From Takakia lepidozioides (Eukaryota; Plantae; Bryophyta): 64,000 nt of DNA. How positions within the stretch are numbered: position 1 is the first letter of the stretch; every line of letters begins with the position of its first letter. A program made the translations under genes and the position numbers. The notes under the pieces were generated by a model. It made no database searches. It was not told the origin of the DNA and was given only the letters and a program-made list of their open reading frames with translations. Location of the stretch: the NCBI GenBank assembly GCA_030704615.1, contig CM060733.1, forward strand, positions 49,476,001-49,540,000. Reading direction: 5' to 3'. Shown one piece after another: positions 11,353-24,480 of this stretch.

Positions 11353-12295
11353 TCAGTGTACGTGTAGTTGGCTCAAAGTCCAGGCCATGTGCACCAACGT
11401 CTTCAACTGTCTGTGACCAAGAAGCAATCCCATAACCTCTCTTGGAACATTAGCAGCAGCCATTCGAGTGATACTGGTAATTCTTCTAGATCGATTTGTG
11501 ATGTCACCCTCAATTCCTACATTCCCGGCCTTGTTCCGCATCCAACTCAGCATCAACCCTTCAGCACAATTAATCTTGTTTTTATACCAGATTGTATCCC
11601 GAGAATTGTGTTATGTTTTATAAACAAGAACAGATGGCCTGACAACCTTCAGGCATATGAGACATCAAACAGTGCTAGGTGTACAACACAATGACACATC
11701 TTGATAGTGAGATATCACAGCCGGTCTGAAATGCTCATTTTGAAAACGCTTGAGAGAAACCTTGTAGGCTTTTTATAATCTCTCATCATACTTGAGATAT
11801 GGCTTCCTTTTCTCATCAACACCAACAGTGGAAGTCACTAACAAGAAGATTGTACAACTCAATATCTCCACGAATAAAAAATACTGCAAAGCAGTAGTAT
11901 GAGAATCGCATCTGAAGACCAAGTGGGATAGTGACCTGATGCAGCTCCTGACCCAATATCAGTACCTCTTCCTCCCGCGGCAACCCATCTACTTTATGTC
12001 TACCTTTATTGGCACTTTCAGTACTAGATCGCTTCATGGCCTCATTAAGAGCCCTGTTTGTGGCTAGAAAATAAGAATGTTTCTTCATGCAGAATTCATG
12101 TTCAATGATCCCATTTTGATTCATCCGCTGCTCTCGAGCTGCCTTAAATAGACGATTGAATTCCATGTTCATGACACTGGTGGTAGGGTACTGATCACCA
12201 CTACCCTTACACAGCATCAAAAAAAACTTGGAGAGCTTCTCAGCAAAGTCCTTCAGAGGGAGGTCCTCAATCTTGATGGTAACATCCAATTTCAC
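11353..12295 (-). mobile_element. Degenerate Crypton-type (DUF3504/ZMYM-KCTD1-related) tyrosine recombinase
   Basis: Motifs in the expected order: LSKFFLMLCKGSGDQYPTTS, LPREEEVLIL...PLGLQ, FFIRGDIELYNL..SDF, YLKYDER, IWYKN, AGNVGIEGDITNRSRRITSITRM...VPRE...GHRQLKTL. Contains frameshifts and a stop codon. Confidence 0.75.
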
Positions 12296-12508
12296 AAAAG
12301 CTCAATACAGCTTATGACTGGTCAACATAGGAGGAAGCAAACAAAAACCTACAACAGCTTGTTGGCTAACAAAAGTGCACCCTGAAGGTCAATAATCACT
12401 TCCACCCAAAACCAAACTTGAATATTCCACAGAAGAACAAAATTGGTCTTCCTAGATGCCATGACTCACTATAGCCATCCTCAACACCTTAAGGCAGCCA
12501 AGTTCACC

Positions 12509-14183
12509 TCAGTCCCCTGCAGGAGCCATCCCTGACTTAAGCCTCTCTCTCTTCAGCTTTTTCTTTGACACTGGCTTTTTCTTCCTAGGCGGGAGACTCT
12601 TCTGGGCATATATGTACAACATATAGTTGCCAACTGCAAATATGAGGACTGCCCCTACCACCACCACCAGTACTGTGAGTGCTGGATTGAACCCTGCCTC
12701 TGCTGCTTTCTTTGCAAATGCCCCCTGTTACCACACATCCACAGTTTTGCAAGATAAGAGGAAAGGTGGGAGGGTGGGCCAGCCATCAGTATAACTCTCC
12801 GTAACTCTCTGTCCCTTTTGTTCCCGCTCAAACTGGGCGCGGGGTCAATGGCCACAAGGCTATGGCAAACAACGTCTTATGAGTACAATCTCTGCATTTA
12901 TTGTTTACAAATATAAATCTCACATCCCAAAAATGAAGTGCACTGATGTGATGCAGTACTTCAATTTGAGCACTTGGCAGAAGACTATGTCTTCCAGCAT
13001 TAATATGCTGCCACAATACTTTGTTAGTATGTGCTCAAAGATGATAACATATCAACCCTCCTAATATGTTAAGTTCTTTTGTGAGAGTTCGCACGTGTAC
13101 AGCCATGGTAGGATTAAGTTATCAACTCAATATAAGATCAGGTGATGTCGTGTTCAGAAGGAATACCATCAAACTTCAACTGCACACTTCACATTAGGGT
13201 TTGTCAATCATTTCAACAGGATATAGCAGACTTGTCAACGTTCAATGAACCATTGTGTAAAGATTGAAAAACCACTCTGACCACAAATTTGCCAGCCATC
13301 TCAAATCGCCTGTCCTTGCCCCAGGGCGTCCAGATGAATTGAAATTAAGCATGTAAAGGGAGTCATGACCAGAAAAAAAAAAACATGCAGCCTTGCGAAC
13401 TGGCAGGGAAGCTACCAAAACAATTCACTGTGCACAAGGACTTCTAAACCTAGCTTCCATCTAAGAATAAATCAGAAACAAGTCCTGAATGTGGATGGGT
13501 AAGGAAGCTTATAGGCTCGCTCCAAATGGGATTAAACGCATCCTAGACAACCTAGCCAAGGTCATGCAGCTGCCGCTGCTAGCTCAGTAGCTCTATTCCA
13601 GGGTCATCTCCACCCATTCATAGTTCCAACCTTCGCTCTTCTCTCTCACTCCATTTCCCATATTGTGATAATCGGATCAAACAGTTATTGTGCTTCTGCT
13701 AAAAGAGCTTCATTTATGACACCGATCCTTTTCAAGCCAAGACTTCAACTTTGTGTTACGCATGTACACTGTGGAGTGTTGCTCACTACTGGAACCTCAT
13801 CATTTGCGCTAAAGCAGGTATGAGATTCATTTGTCCCCATCCTTCGTGTATATCTGCCCGACTTTTTACTCTGCAGACTTCTCATCTACACGATCCAGAA
13901 TGACGAAGATAAGAAGACGAAAATGCACAGAAAGAGGGCTCTTTCATGGATATCTCGAAAAGGAAAACTTTCCATGAAAGCATTCTTCTGTAAGACGAGG
14001 TCCGATGCGAAGGTCGAAGAATGAGGAAACAACTGCGTCAGTCTTTGATGACTCCCACGACCTAGGAAAACCATGTAATAATAGGTAGTCCAAGGATTAC
14101 AGGGGAACTTTGAAAAAGATGAATCATACCTGCCGGATGAAGGCAGCGGGATCGACGTCGGCCGACCCGAAGTCGTCAGCCAT
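12509..14183 (-). CDS. S1FA: S1FA DNA-binding protein, 2 exons (14183-14130, 12724-12509), 89 aa
   Basis: Spliced product [89 protein letters not shown] carries the S1FA signature. GTATGA donor and TAACAG acceptor, phase 0. Confidence 0.95.
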
Positions 14184-14949
14184 GCCCCTCGCTATCTCCC
14201 TTGTCTTCTCACGCTGTCTCCTCTCGATGCTGCTCTTCCTTTCGCCTTCGCGTGCGGCCCGTGTCTACTTAGAAATAGAGTTAAGTTCCTTTTTAGAGGT
14301 TGAGTAAATTCCTTAATGGTCCCTAATTACTCTGCATGTTTCCAGCTATTTGCTTTATTTCTGCCGAGTTCAAATTCAATCTTACTCAGATTCTTGTGCT
14401 GTTGTGTGGCTGTTGCATGGGACTGATAGTTTAAGTCTCAGCGGAGTTCAACGATCAGTATGGAGCCGTGCTTGCGTGGTTGCCTTGCTTTAGCGGTGGG
14501 GGATTAGGTCTCAGATGGAAGCAGAGGCATTCAGTTGCGCTGGATTTGTATTCTTGGGCAGTTGTGATTTGTGTCTGCAAATTGTCCGTTGCACTTGGTC
14601 TGTTTCTCCGTGTCAATCCTCGTTGCCATTATATATATATGTCTCCCTGTGACGATCAGTTGGTTTCTCTACATTCTGGCAGTCACTAGTGCAGTGATAG
14701 GCAGCATTTTGCATTCTCTGCCTCTGACAGTAGCACTCTTCCACTTTTTCACTTGTACATGAACTTACATGCAAGTCGGTGTATATGTTTCTACTTTTTT
14801 CTTTATCCAGAGTCCCAGCTGGCTCAACTGCAGGACAGTAGATTCTTCAAGGTCACCTACCTACACTAATACTGAATTTACGATTGCAATTTGAAGTACT
14901 TCACTGAATGACAAGATGGTTGGAGGTAAATCATCACTATTTCAGTTGA

Positions 14950-15300
14950 AGCTATGGCGTCATGAAGCCAAGTAAGAGTTTGTGACATGGGTGAGGACTT
15001 TTTAAGGATGAACTTATGCCTACCCTCGGCACTAGACTGAATTCAAACTTGGCAGGGCAGGAGACACATTTGATCAATAAACATATGCAAACACGAAAAG
15101 GAGATTGTGAATGCCCGATGGGTGGGTGGCCTGAAGACACTATCCAGTTTCTGATACAATGTCCAGGGTATTCTTATCATAGGCTGAGCCAAAGCCCTGA
15201 GCCAAAGCCCTGGCTCTAAGTGCTGGGCAACTCACACACAGCAGATTGATGCCTGTGTGAAGGGCTTTCTAGAGGAAATATGGAAAGCCCAACCAATTGT
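14950..15300 (+). mobile_element. Possible 3' remnant of a non-LTR retrotransposon (C-terminal Cys/His region)
   Basis: TRLNSN...DCECPMGGWPEDTIQFLIQCPGYSYHR resembles the C..C...E...HFL..CP.Y motif at the end of LINE ORF2. Confidence 0.4.
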
Positions 15301-15489
15301 TTATACCAAGTTAAGTCCCACACTGGAGTGAGCCCCTCACAAAGGTGGTGCTTTTGGCCTAAACATGGCTACGGCAAATAACATCTCATGAGTACATTCT
15401 CTCTCAAGCTTTTCTTAATTTTCTTCTTCTCTCTAGCACACGCATGTATGCATGTGATATGCATTCACAATAGAAAAAAAACAGTGGAG

Positions 15490-18440
15490 CCTTACCAATG
15501 TTCGTCTTGGCATCATGGATAGACACCGCATGCCGAGCATGAAGATCCTCAACAAAGGTCTCAAGATCAACCGGATCAGCAACAGTAGAGATAAGAGGGG
15601 TAGAATGCAAAGGAGAAACACACTTGCGACCATACAACAACTCAAAAAGAGTCTTCTTGGTGCTAGCATGCACGGCGGTGCGATAAAGCAGGGGAAAATA
15701 GGGGGAAGAACCGTATCCCACTCCCTGGTAAGTGCGCCATTCTTCTCCAACATTCGGCAAAGAGTTTGGTTCAAGCGTTCCGTAAGGCCATTGCATGGTC
15801 CGGGGATGGTATGGGGCTGTGGTGGAGTGCTTAACATCGAAATTGAAGCAAATCACCGTGATGAGCTAGTTACAAAACTCATTGCCCTGATCCATTATTA
15901 TCTCCCGATGACACCCATGCCGCATAAGGATCTCATTGAAGAAGAACTGAGTTACAGCATCACTAGCCTTGGAACGCAAAGGCCGGACTTCTACCCACTT
16001 AGTCAAGTAGTCGGTAGCAACACAAAGGTAACTTCGACCTTTTGATGTGAGTGCGAGGGGTCCTACCAAGAATTCCAACACGAGCAAAAGCATGGGTGAC
16101 AGACAAAGGCTGCAGCTCATACAATATCCGGGCCCTAGGGAGAACAATGTTAGCACGACAATCTTCACACTTAGAGATGAATTTTGTGACATCTCGGAGA
16201 ATTCCCAGCCAATAGTATACCTCTTGGATGCGGGCCACAGTTTTCTTCATACCAAGGTGACCTACATATAAGGAACAATGAAAACGCTCTAATAAAGCAT
16301 TCAGCTGGCTCCGTGGTGGCACCTCCAAGTAGTATGGCACCCCCCCTCTAGTGAGCTCCTTAAAAGCTTATCACCCATGAAACGGTGAGTAGAGACATGA
16401 TAGAGAAATTGTTTACGCAAGGACTCGGAAAGGCCAGCTGGCGAACGCCCTGATTGGCATCGCTAGAGTAGCGCAGCATATAGCTGATCATCCATGACTG
16501 CACTGCACATAAGAGGTAGACAATTGGCTTTAGAGAAGGTGGTCTGGAGTGTCTGCACCTATGATCTCCAGCCAGGGATATCTTCACCTCATTTGTTACT
16601 ACTCATGGACAGCCAAATCAGCGTTGAGGCTCAAGCCATTAATAGTCACACCGGAGTGCAGCAGATGAATCATAACAAACTCAGGGGCCTAGGAAAAGAA
16701 AGAGCTGAAACACAACAAGGAACGTCCACCAACCCATCCGAATTCTCTCTAGGCGATAGATCAACCATACATACTAACACACGAATAAATCAACCAGGAT
16801 CATCAAGAAGGCTAGACCAGCCCCAAGCAGTCGATATGTCATGTGAATCCAAGGCCAAGGGGTGCTGATTTGCACAAAGAAGATTGAGAAGAGGGGCAGG
16901 ATCAAGAGGAGGGGCTGCATCAGCAGCAGCAAGGTCATCCAAGGTGAGCATGGGCGTGCTGACAGGAGGATCAACCCGTGTAAATGCATTAGCATTTGTG
17001 TTCTCATTTCCCTTCTTGTAGACTATATCCATGTCAATTTCCTGCAGGTACATAGCACATCTAGCAAGTTTGCCATGAATATCCATTGGCTTAACAAGAG
17101 CCTTAAGTGTAAGATTATCAGTCTCTACCATAAACCGGCTATCATGCAAATATTGCCTGAAATGCTTCACACCAAATACTAAGGTCAGACCCTCATTGTC
17201 AGATATGGAATAGTTCCTTTCATGACGATCAAGACGGCGAGATGCATAAGCTATTACATGCTCTTTGTCTTCTACAACTTGACATAAGATTGCAGAGATG
17301 GCAACAGCTGATGCATCAATCTGAAACAAAAAAGGTAATTCAAAGTTGGGAAACATCAGGATGGGAGCTGAATACAAAGCCTTGCGAAGGGCGTCAAAGG
17401 TAACTTGCTGGGAGAAGGTCCATGCAAACCTGACATCTTTGCACAACACCTTGGTCAGAGGGTGAGCAAGCTTGGCAAAGTTCTTAATTATGCGCCTATA
17501 ATAAGAAGCCAGACCCAGGAAGATTTGAAATGATATTTATCCCTGGGAATAGGAAAGCCCCAAACAGACTCAAGCTTTGCAGGATCAGGAAGCGAACCAT
17601 CCTTGGAGAGAATATGACCAAGAAAGGGTAGCTCAGGCATGAATAGCTCACACTTCTTTGGCTTCATTTTGAAGCCTGCAGTACGCAATTTGCTACAAAC
17701 ACGCTCCAGGTCAGTCAAGAGGGGCATCAAAACTAGCTGAATACACATTGATATCATCTACATAAATTAAGGCACATTCCCAGTGAAGATTACCCAAGAC
17801 AATGTCCATGAGACGTTGGAAGGTGGAGGTGACATTGCATAAACCAAAGGGCATGGTCTCATATTGGTATTTGCCCATGCGACACACAAACAAGGTCTTT
17901 TCCTTGGCTACTTCAGTGAGATGAACTTGCCAAAAACCAAATGCAAGATCAAGAGAGGAGAAAATTGTACCACCATGCAATTGATCCAAGGTCTCATTGA
18001 TCGTAGACAGAGGGTAGGCATCCTTCTTGGTGATGAAGTCAACACAAAAGCGGGTGGTGTCATCTTTCTTTCCAACCAGGACAATGGGACTAGCCCAAGG
18101 AGAAACTGATGGCTTAATCACACCAGCATCAACCATCTTCTGGACTTCCTCTTGGACTATAGCACGTTCTTTGACACTCTCTCGGTAAGCAAATTGTTTG
18201 ATAGGAGGTCCTTCTGTAACAATGTCATGTTGCACTACAGGAAAAGGGGGGGGGGGGGGGGGGGGTTCGACGTCGCGGCCACGCCGCGGTGTCGTAAAAC
18301 AACCCTTTTCGGGCAGAGGGGAAGAACCAAATTTGCGACGCCCAGGCGTCGCAAGCCCGTCGCGAATTTGCGACCAATGGGGTTGCAAATAGACGAAACT
18401 GCTTTGCAACGCCGACGCGATTGACGACGCCCGGACGTCG

Positions 18441-18474
<34 letters not shown>

Positions 18475-19760
18475 ACTCTGCAATGCAGAATGAGCACCGT
18501 CCGGGGGTCGCAAAGTGGGGGGTACATTTGAATTTAGGTGGGAAAATTTGAATTTCAAAAACTTGTTGACCATTGACTCCGGTTCTGTCTAATGACAATA
18601 TGTTCATTGTTCTACATATATCATGCAATGCATACTTGAACCTAAGACCTCCACGTTATAACATTTCTAAGACAATACAAACTAACCAACACACCTACGC
18701 TACATCTATGTATCACAAAAGCAATCTATATATATATATATATATAAAGATTTTCTTCAAGTTCCTTCTAAGGAGGTCTCTCTTGTGACGCATGGGAGTT
18801 GCAACCTCCACACCTTAGTGCCCAGCCCCAGCCCCAATGTCGTCGCCGTTGTTGCACCCCCTACCGCCAGGCGCCCAAAGCGACGACCTTGTGATGACCT
18901 AAGCTGACCACAACATCATTGCGACCCCATGTGGCGACGCCGTTACGACCCCTGACATCGCAACATTGGACGTCCCAGAGCCGGGCGCCCCAGCGATGTT
19001 TTTTGTGAAGTTGAAGGCCGCGAAGCCCCATATATATATATATATATATTATTTTAAAAAAAATTTGGATTTCCGACGCTGGGGCGTTGCAAGAAAAAAA
19101 ATCCGTCGCAGCGAGGGCCATCTTTCCCCCTTCATGCCACCTTATGACGGTTGGGCATCGTAATGGTGTCGCAGCGGGGGATTGTAACATCGGGGCGTCG
19201 CGCGTCGCGGCTCGGCGTCGCGGGCTTAGCGCCAGGCGCGGCGTGGGGGTGCGGCTGGCATCACAACCCCCCCCCCCCCCCCCATTTGCTGTAGTGTTAA
19301 AGGATGGAAGTGCGTCCTAAATCAGTGGACCAGCATCTCAACTCTCTTTCTTTGTCCTGAGGAGAGGGTAGTACCCAACTTGATTTCAGATAGCACTTTG
19401 GTGAGGGCTTTCTTAACTTCAGGACTGAGATCAGGGACAGGTGGTGGTGCAATTGCAGCAAAGGCAGCAACAGCATCCAAGGTGCCATGTTGTATGCCTA
19501 TGGCTCTAGTCCAAAGCCAGCTTGCACCTCGTGTATTTCAGCAATGGGTAAAGCAGTGATGCGAGCCAGGACCTGTCTTTTCTTAATAGTCACAGGGAAG
19601 CGCTCAGGATTAGCAATTAGACTCTGACTTCTTGCCTATATCCGCTATCTATAACACCTGTGGCCACCAGGCAATGCTTGAGGTCAGTCAATCTCCTCCA
19701 GCCTTCAACTTCCAGGAAGTGAGCAGTTGGACAGAGGAAGGCCAGGCTAAATGACCTTGT
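15490..19760 (-). mobile_element. Degenerate Ty3/gypsy pol (dUTPase-like, RT, RNase H, integrase), interrupted by a CACTA element
   Basis: SPWASPIVLVGKKDDTTRFCVD, LDLAFGFWQ, MPFGLCN, IYVDD (RT); IDASAVAISAIL...VIAYASR (RNase H); GHLGMKKT, ATDYLTKWVE, MDQGNEF, NGLTERLNQTL (integrase). Gypsy domain order; many frameshifts; no LTRs recognised. Confidence 0.93.
18233..19296. mobile_element. Non-autonomous CACTA (EnSpm) element, 1064 bp, nested in the gypsy pol
   Basis: Termini CACTACAGGAAAAGGGG... and ...CCCCATTTGCTGTAGTG. The 3-bp flanks are TTG/TTA (TSD with one transition). Many GCGACG/CGTCGC subterminal repeats. Removing it restores LGRTSILQHDIVTEG in the host element. Confidence 0.9.
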
Positions 19761-19769
19761 ATAGCAAAT

Positions 19770-21130
19770 ACTTGCAAGTGCACAGGACCATAAGGCCCAA
19801 AAAGACATCTGGATATATGTATACTGGCCACCTTGACAATATTTAGACAATGACACTTAGATTGATCTTAACAGCTGTATTTTAACCAAGTGGTGACAAG
19901 ATGGATGCTTTCAGGTCACTGTCTGCAAATATGATGACATTCCGCACAAAGAGTGAGGACTAGTTGGACACTGCAAAGGAGGCCTGAAGCCTGGCATGGA
20001 CTACAGCCACTAGTGTCAAGAAGGTGCGCTTCCTTCTAATGTCCAGTTAAACTGTGACCAGAGGAAAGTTTTTCCACTCTTCAAATAGACGGTAGATCCA
20101 TGTATGTCACAACCAGAAACAATTGTACATTCTAGTCTGGTTGCAATCCCTCAAACTTACCTTTAGCCTCCTACTGGAGGTTCAACATCTTAACTTTATG
20201 CATGTTCAGTCTCCAGACTTCCCATCAGTTTTCTGTATAAATTTTCTTGGGTTAAGATTCCAATGAAGATGTACATCATGGGGTAGAGACAGCCTCCCGC
20301 TATAAAACTTCTAAAGCACAATCAATTCCAAGAGAAATTTGATGTGAAACATGACAAACCATAGGAGTTGGAGTTATCTACAACCTTCACCTCCTCGTAT
20401 CCTCGAAGCAGTTGTTTGTGATCATAGTCCAACTTTATCGACAAAGATGTCGGTGATTTGAAACAAATAGAGCTGGTCCAAACAAAGAAAATGTGTAGTC
20501 CATGTCCATGCTCTTGGGGGAATATTACTTTTCTTGATCAGGAGATTGCAAAAAGTTTGATTCGGGAGGGCAATCACATTGTCCCTGCCAGAGTTCAATC
20601 GTGGATTTTAAAACTGCATGCCACAAGGATCTCTCCATTGATAGGATTCGTTTTGTGACAAAACTTAGACATGTGAGGTTGAACAGACCTTGTACACGAG
20701 AATAGTATCCACGTGTCAAGGAAAACTATACATAGAATGCACACTACTCCCAGTACTGTGAAAATCTCACCTCCAGGTTCGTGACACTCACCCACAATCA
20801 CTACCTCGTTCTGTGCACATATATGACACACATCATGTCATACCGGCAAGTAAAAATTCACCTGCATTGGGGACGATGGAAATGAGGGGAAGCCGGTGCC
20901 ACGTGCAGGCATCCTGCTTGTCGAACAATCAGACCTTCTTGGAGGAGCAATTCACTAGTACGAGCACTATATAAGCATGGGTTTTGAAGGACAAAATTCC
21001 ATGCGACGGACACAGCCAGCATGCGCGGCCTGGTGTACCAGGGCAGCCGTGGCAGCACATAGTCCAACACAAGAGAGTCTGGGAGTCCAGGAATGAGCTC
21101 TTGCAACTCATTCCCTGCAAACTCCTCCAT
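19770..21130 (-). pseudogene. F-box(/kelch-type) gene, disrupted
   Basis: MEEFAGNELQELIPGLPDSLVLDYVLPRLPWYTRPRMLAVSVAW is an LIPGLPD-type F-box. The downstream coding-like sequence has stops in all frames. The 3' boundary is approximate. Confidence 0.65.
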
Positions 21131-23239
21131 CGCTGCCAGATCCGAGTGTATGCTTGACTGCAGTGTCATGCCGAAGTCATTTGGACCACAGTTCATTTGC
21201 TTTGTAGGCTATTCAACATGCATTGAATATTTTAGGGAGGCGTATGGAACAATCATTGTAGTTGATTCAAAGATGTGTAAATTGACATTCTTTGCAAGAA
21301 TGCAAGGATTGTGAAAAAATGTCGAAATGTGGCTTTTTGTTCAATGGTAAACTTTTCTTCCTGTTTCAAACCCACCTCTCTCTCTCCCCATTAAATGTTA
21401 TTCCTCCACAACCAACTCGAATGGCAATGAGCACTTGAGACACAAGCCAACATTGGAGCAGCAATTGATGCATGTGCCCACATCATTGCCATGCATAAAG
21501 TACAACCATTCATAGTTGCTTGTGCTGAGGAGGATCACCACAGCTCCAGTAGTTTAGGACAAGAGGCTTCGGCCAATCTAGAGCGTGGGTGAGATTTGCA
21601 CGCCCCCATGGATTGAATTCTGTCCTTTCCATCTCAATAATGGCATCTTTGCTACCCTTGCAGCATACGCACTGCTATGGTTGTTTGCAACTAAGTACCC
21701 TTGTATCTGCAACCTTAGGTGTTTGGAACCATTAAAGGGTCTCTCCATTTTACGCTCACCTTTTCCTTTGCTTGGCATTGAATTCCTGAATATATTGTGA
21801 TGAAACCCTGTAAGACTTTATTTACAACATGTTGCAATGGGTATAACGTCTAGGAGAGTTGGGAGGTGGGATGAAGCCGCCCAGCTACGTCCGCCCGATG
21901 TAAAATAGCCATTGCTTGAGCTCTTTGTAATGCAACGACCACTTTTATGTAAAAGGCCACAAGAACAGAGGCATAAGGAATGCCCGTGGTCTTGTTTTGG
22001 GCTGCTTGATGGGCACATGAACGGAGTAGGTCGTCAAACTGGCGATGGAGTCAGCCGAATATCTCTACAGCCAATGGATGAAAGTGTCGGTAGGATGTTT
22101 GTCCCGATAGTCGTGTTCCTTGACTTGAGCAACAACCGAAGCCGCGGAGCCTTGAGAGGATGCCGAACGTGAAAGTAGGTCGGATCGAGTAGGGTACGAA
22201 GATCATCTTTAGATAGGATGATGTCGACACGTCATCGTGTGGACTGAAGAGTATGAGAAGTAAGGACATGAGATTGCTCTCTCAGGACGTGGAAACCAGC
22301 CTCTCGCGTAATCGATGCGATGCGTCTCGGACGACGTCACCCATGACGGTGATGGTGCGATCTCCCCCACATGGACCCACATGGACATCGAAGGAGCACT
22401 AGAAGCATTTGTGTCTTTTCCGAATCGACTGCATGTCCAAAACCACTGAGGGAACAACTTTGAGATGTTTGTTACTATTGCACAGTCGTAACGGATAAAT
22501 TCACATTTCTAATGGCGGATAGAAGTTGCATCAATGACTCCGCAGTCGGCACAATATTCGCGGCGATTTAATTCAATTACGTAAATTGTTTTTTTTTTAA
22601 AACAACAATTACAAGTGGTTTTAAGCACTAGAGAACGACTCTTAACAACTAGGCATTCATTGCACACCCTATTCAAAAATGGAATTTTTATAAGTGCTCC
22701 ACATGGGTCATGACGTGGAATATTTTAATGTATTTTAGGGCTTGTGTGGCTCATAGAGATTGTTCTAATCGTCGGATGTAAAATGATCTAAGGGTGGAAG
22801 AGTAACTTTGTCCTTTGCCTGAATTTGTTTAAGTGTTGGGAGAGGGATGGAGGCTTGAGAGAGAGACGAACAAGTGATGCGAGAAGGACGAAGACCAAAT
22901 CGAGGCCCATGTCCTGTTGTTGCAAGCGTTTATGGCGTCAAGGGCGCATAATGTGCAAATGTGGGCTCTTGGCTCCCCTTTGTACCATGATTTGGTATTC
23001 TTCCTGATTATCACAAGGTTCTTGGGGGAATCAGCTTGGTCTTAGCAACCCATATTTTAATCTCTGCCCGCTCAGCTGCACCGTGGTGGTTCTTACGAAC
23101 CAATCCCACATTACCTGACTAGAGATACAAGCAGCACGCACAAGAGGTCTTCTTGGGTTCATGGTCAGTCTAATCCGCAATGGGTCATGACAGGTAGAGG
23201 ACAATGTGGTGAGGGCACCTTCTTCTCGAGCTATTTCAG

Positions 23240-24057
23240 CGTTTTGCCGAGATGTAGTGTCGTGGAGTGCGATGCTTGCAGGGTATGCACAGCAGGGACG
23301 TGGGATGGAGGCTTTGGAGACCTATGAAGTTGCGAAGGGAGAGTTTGATAACATGGCTGAACAAGATGTTGTCTCAAGGAACACGCTGAATCTCGCAAGA
23401 TATGGCCAGCATGTGTGCGGGATGAGGGCATTGGAGACATATGAGCAAATGTTGAGAAGAGGTGCAGCCTGACCGGGTCATGTTCATTTGTGTTTGCAAT
23501 GCATGTGCAAACCTGGCAGCCCTGGAGACTTAGTAAAGGGCAAAGAGGTCCATCGTGACATTGTCAAAGCTGGAACTGTACCAGATGTAACAATACCTCG
23601 TCGACATGTATGCCAAACGTGGGAGCATTCCCTTGTGGACAAGGAGTGTTTAACAATATGGCTGAGCGAAATGTGGTGTGGTGGAACGTGATGATCGCAA
23701 GACATGCACAACATGGACGGGGATTGCGGGTTTTGGAGACCTATGAGCAAATGATGTGGGTCTAGGGGGTGAAGCCCGAGCACATTACGTTTGTTTGTGT
23801 TTGTAGTGCATGCGCGAGCCTGTTGGAGAAGGGCAAAGAGGTCCATGGTTGCATCGTCAAAGCTGGAACTGTGGTAGATGTCATTCTGAACATGAATACC
23901 CTTCTAGATAGGGAGTGTTCAACAATATGGCTGAGCGAAATGTGGTGTCGTGGAAAGTGATGATCGCAGGACATGCACAACAGGGGCGGGGATTGCAAGT
24001 TTTGGAGACCTATGAGCAATTGATGTGGGAGGGGGTGAAGTCCGACCACATTACGTT
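23240..24057 (+). pseudogene. Decayed PLS-PPR fragments (paralog of the flanking PPR-DYW genes)
   Basis: RDVVSWSAMLAGYAQQGRGMEALETYE, KGKEVHRDIVKAG and FNNMAERNVVSWKVMIAGHAQ occur in broken frames with internal deletions. Confidence 0.88.
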
Positions 24058-24480
24058 CAGAGAGTTCAAATGCCTCTCCACCATGACCTTGCTTAGCTAA
24101 CCATGCCTTGCTGATGTTGTTGTCTTGCACTTGATTGGACACTGGCTGGAACATCCACAAGGCGGCTCTGCTCGAGAGAGAAATCAGCTTGAATGCAGGG
24201 GCAGATTTTGAGATCACAATCGCCACTCAGAACGTTGTTCTTTGCACCGACATGGCATGTCAGCATGCATATCAGCCAAACTCATTACTCCGTGAGCCTT
24301 CCACTGCCGGAGTGTGCCCATTCAAGCCAGATCTTCGAAACGCAGGGATGGAACGGGGTTTTGAAACCATCATTGCCTAACTGGATACCCAATTCAGCTC
24401 CGCATCTTGGTCCATTAATCTGCTGCACATTGTAAAGTTTTCTGCCCGTTCACCGCAAGTTGAAGAAGGAGTATTCTTAA
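24058..24480 (-). pseudogene. Inverted fragment of the same PPR family (N-terminal exon homolog plus a short PPR piece)
   Basis: The minus strand encodes AKQGHGGEAFEL next to the + strand PPR debris, and VQQINGPRCGAELGIQLGN, which is similar to MQQIKGLGCGFEFGIPFGN at about 61970. Confidence 0.5.
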
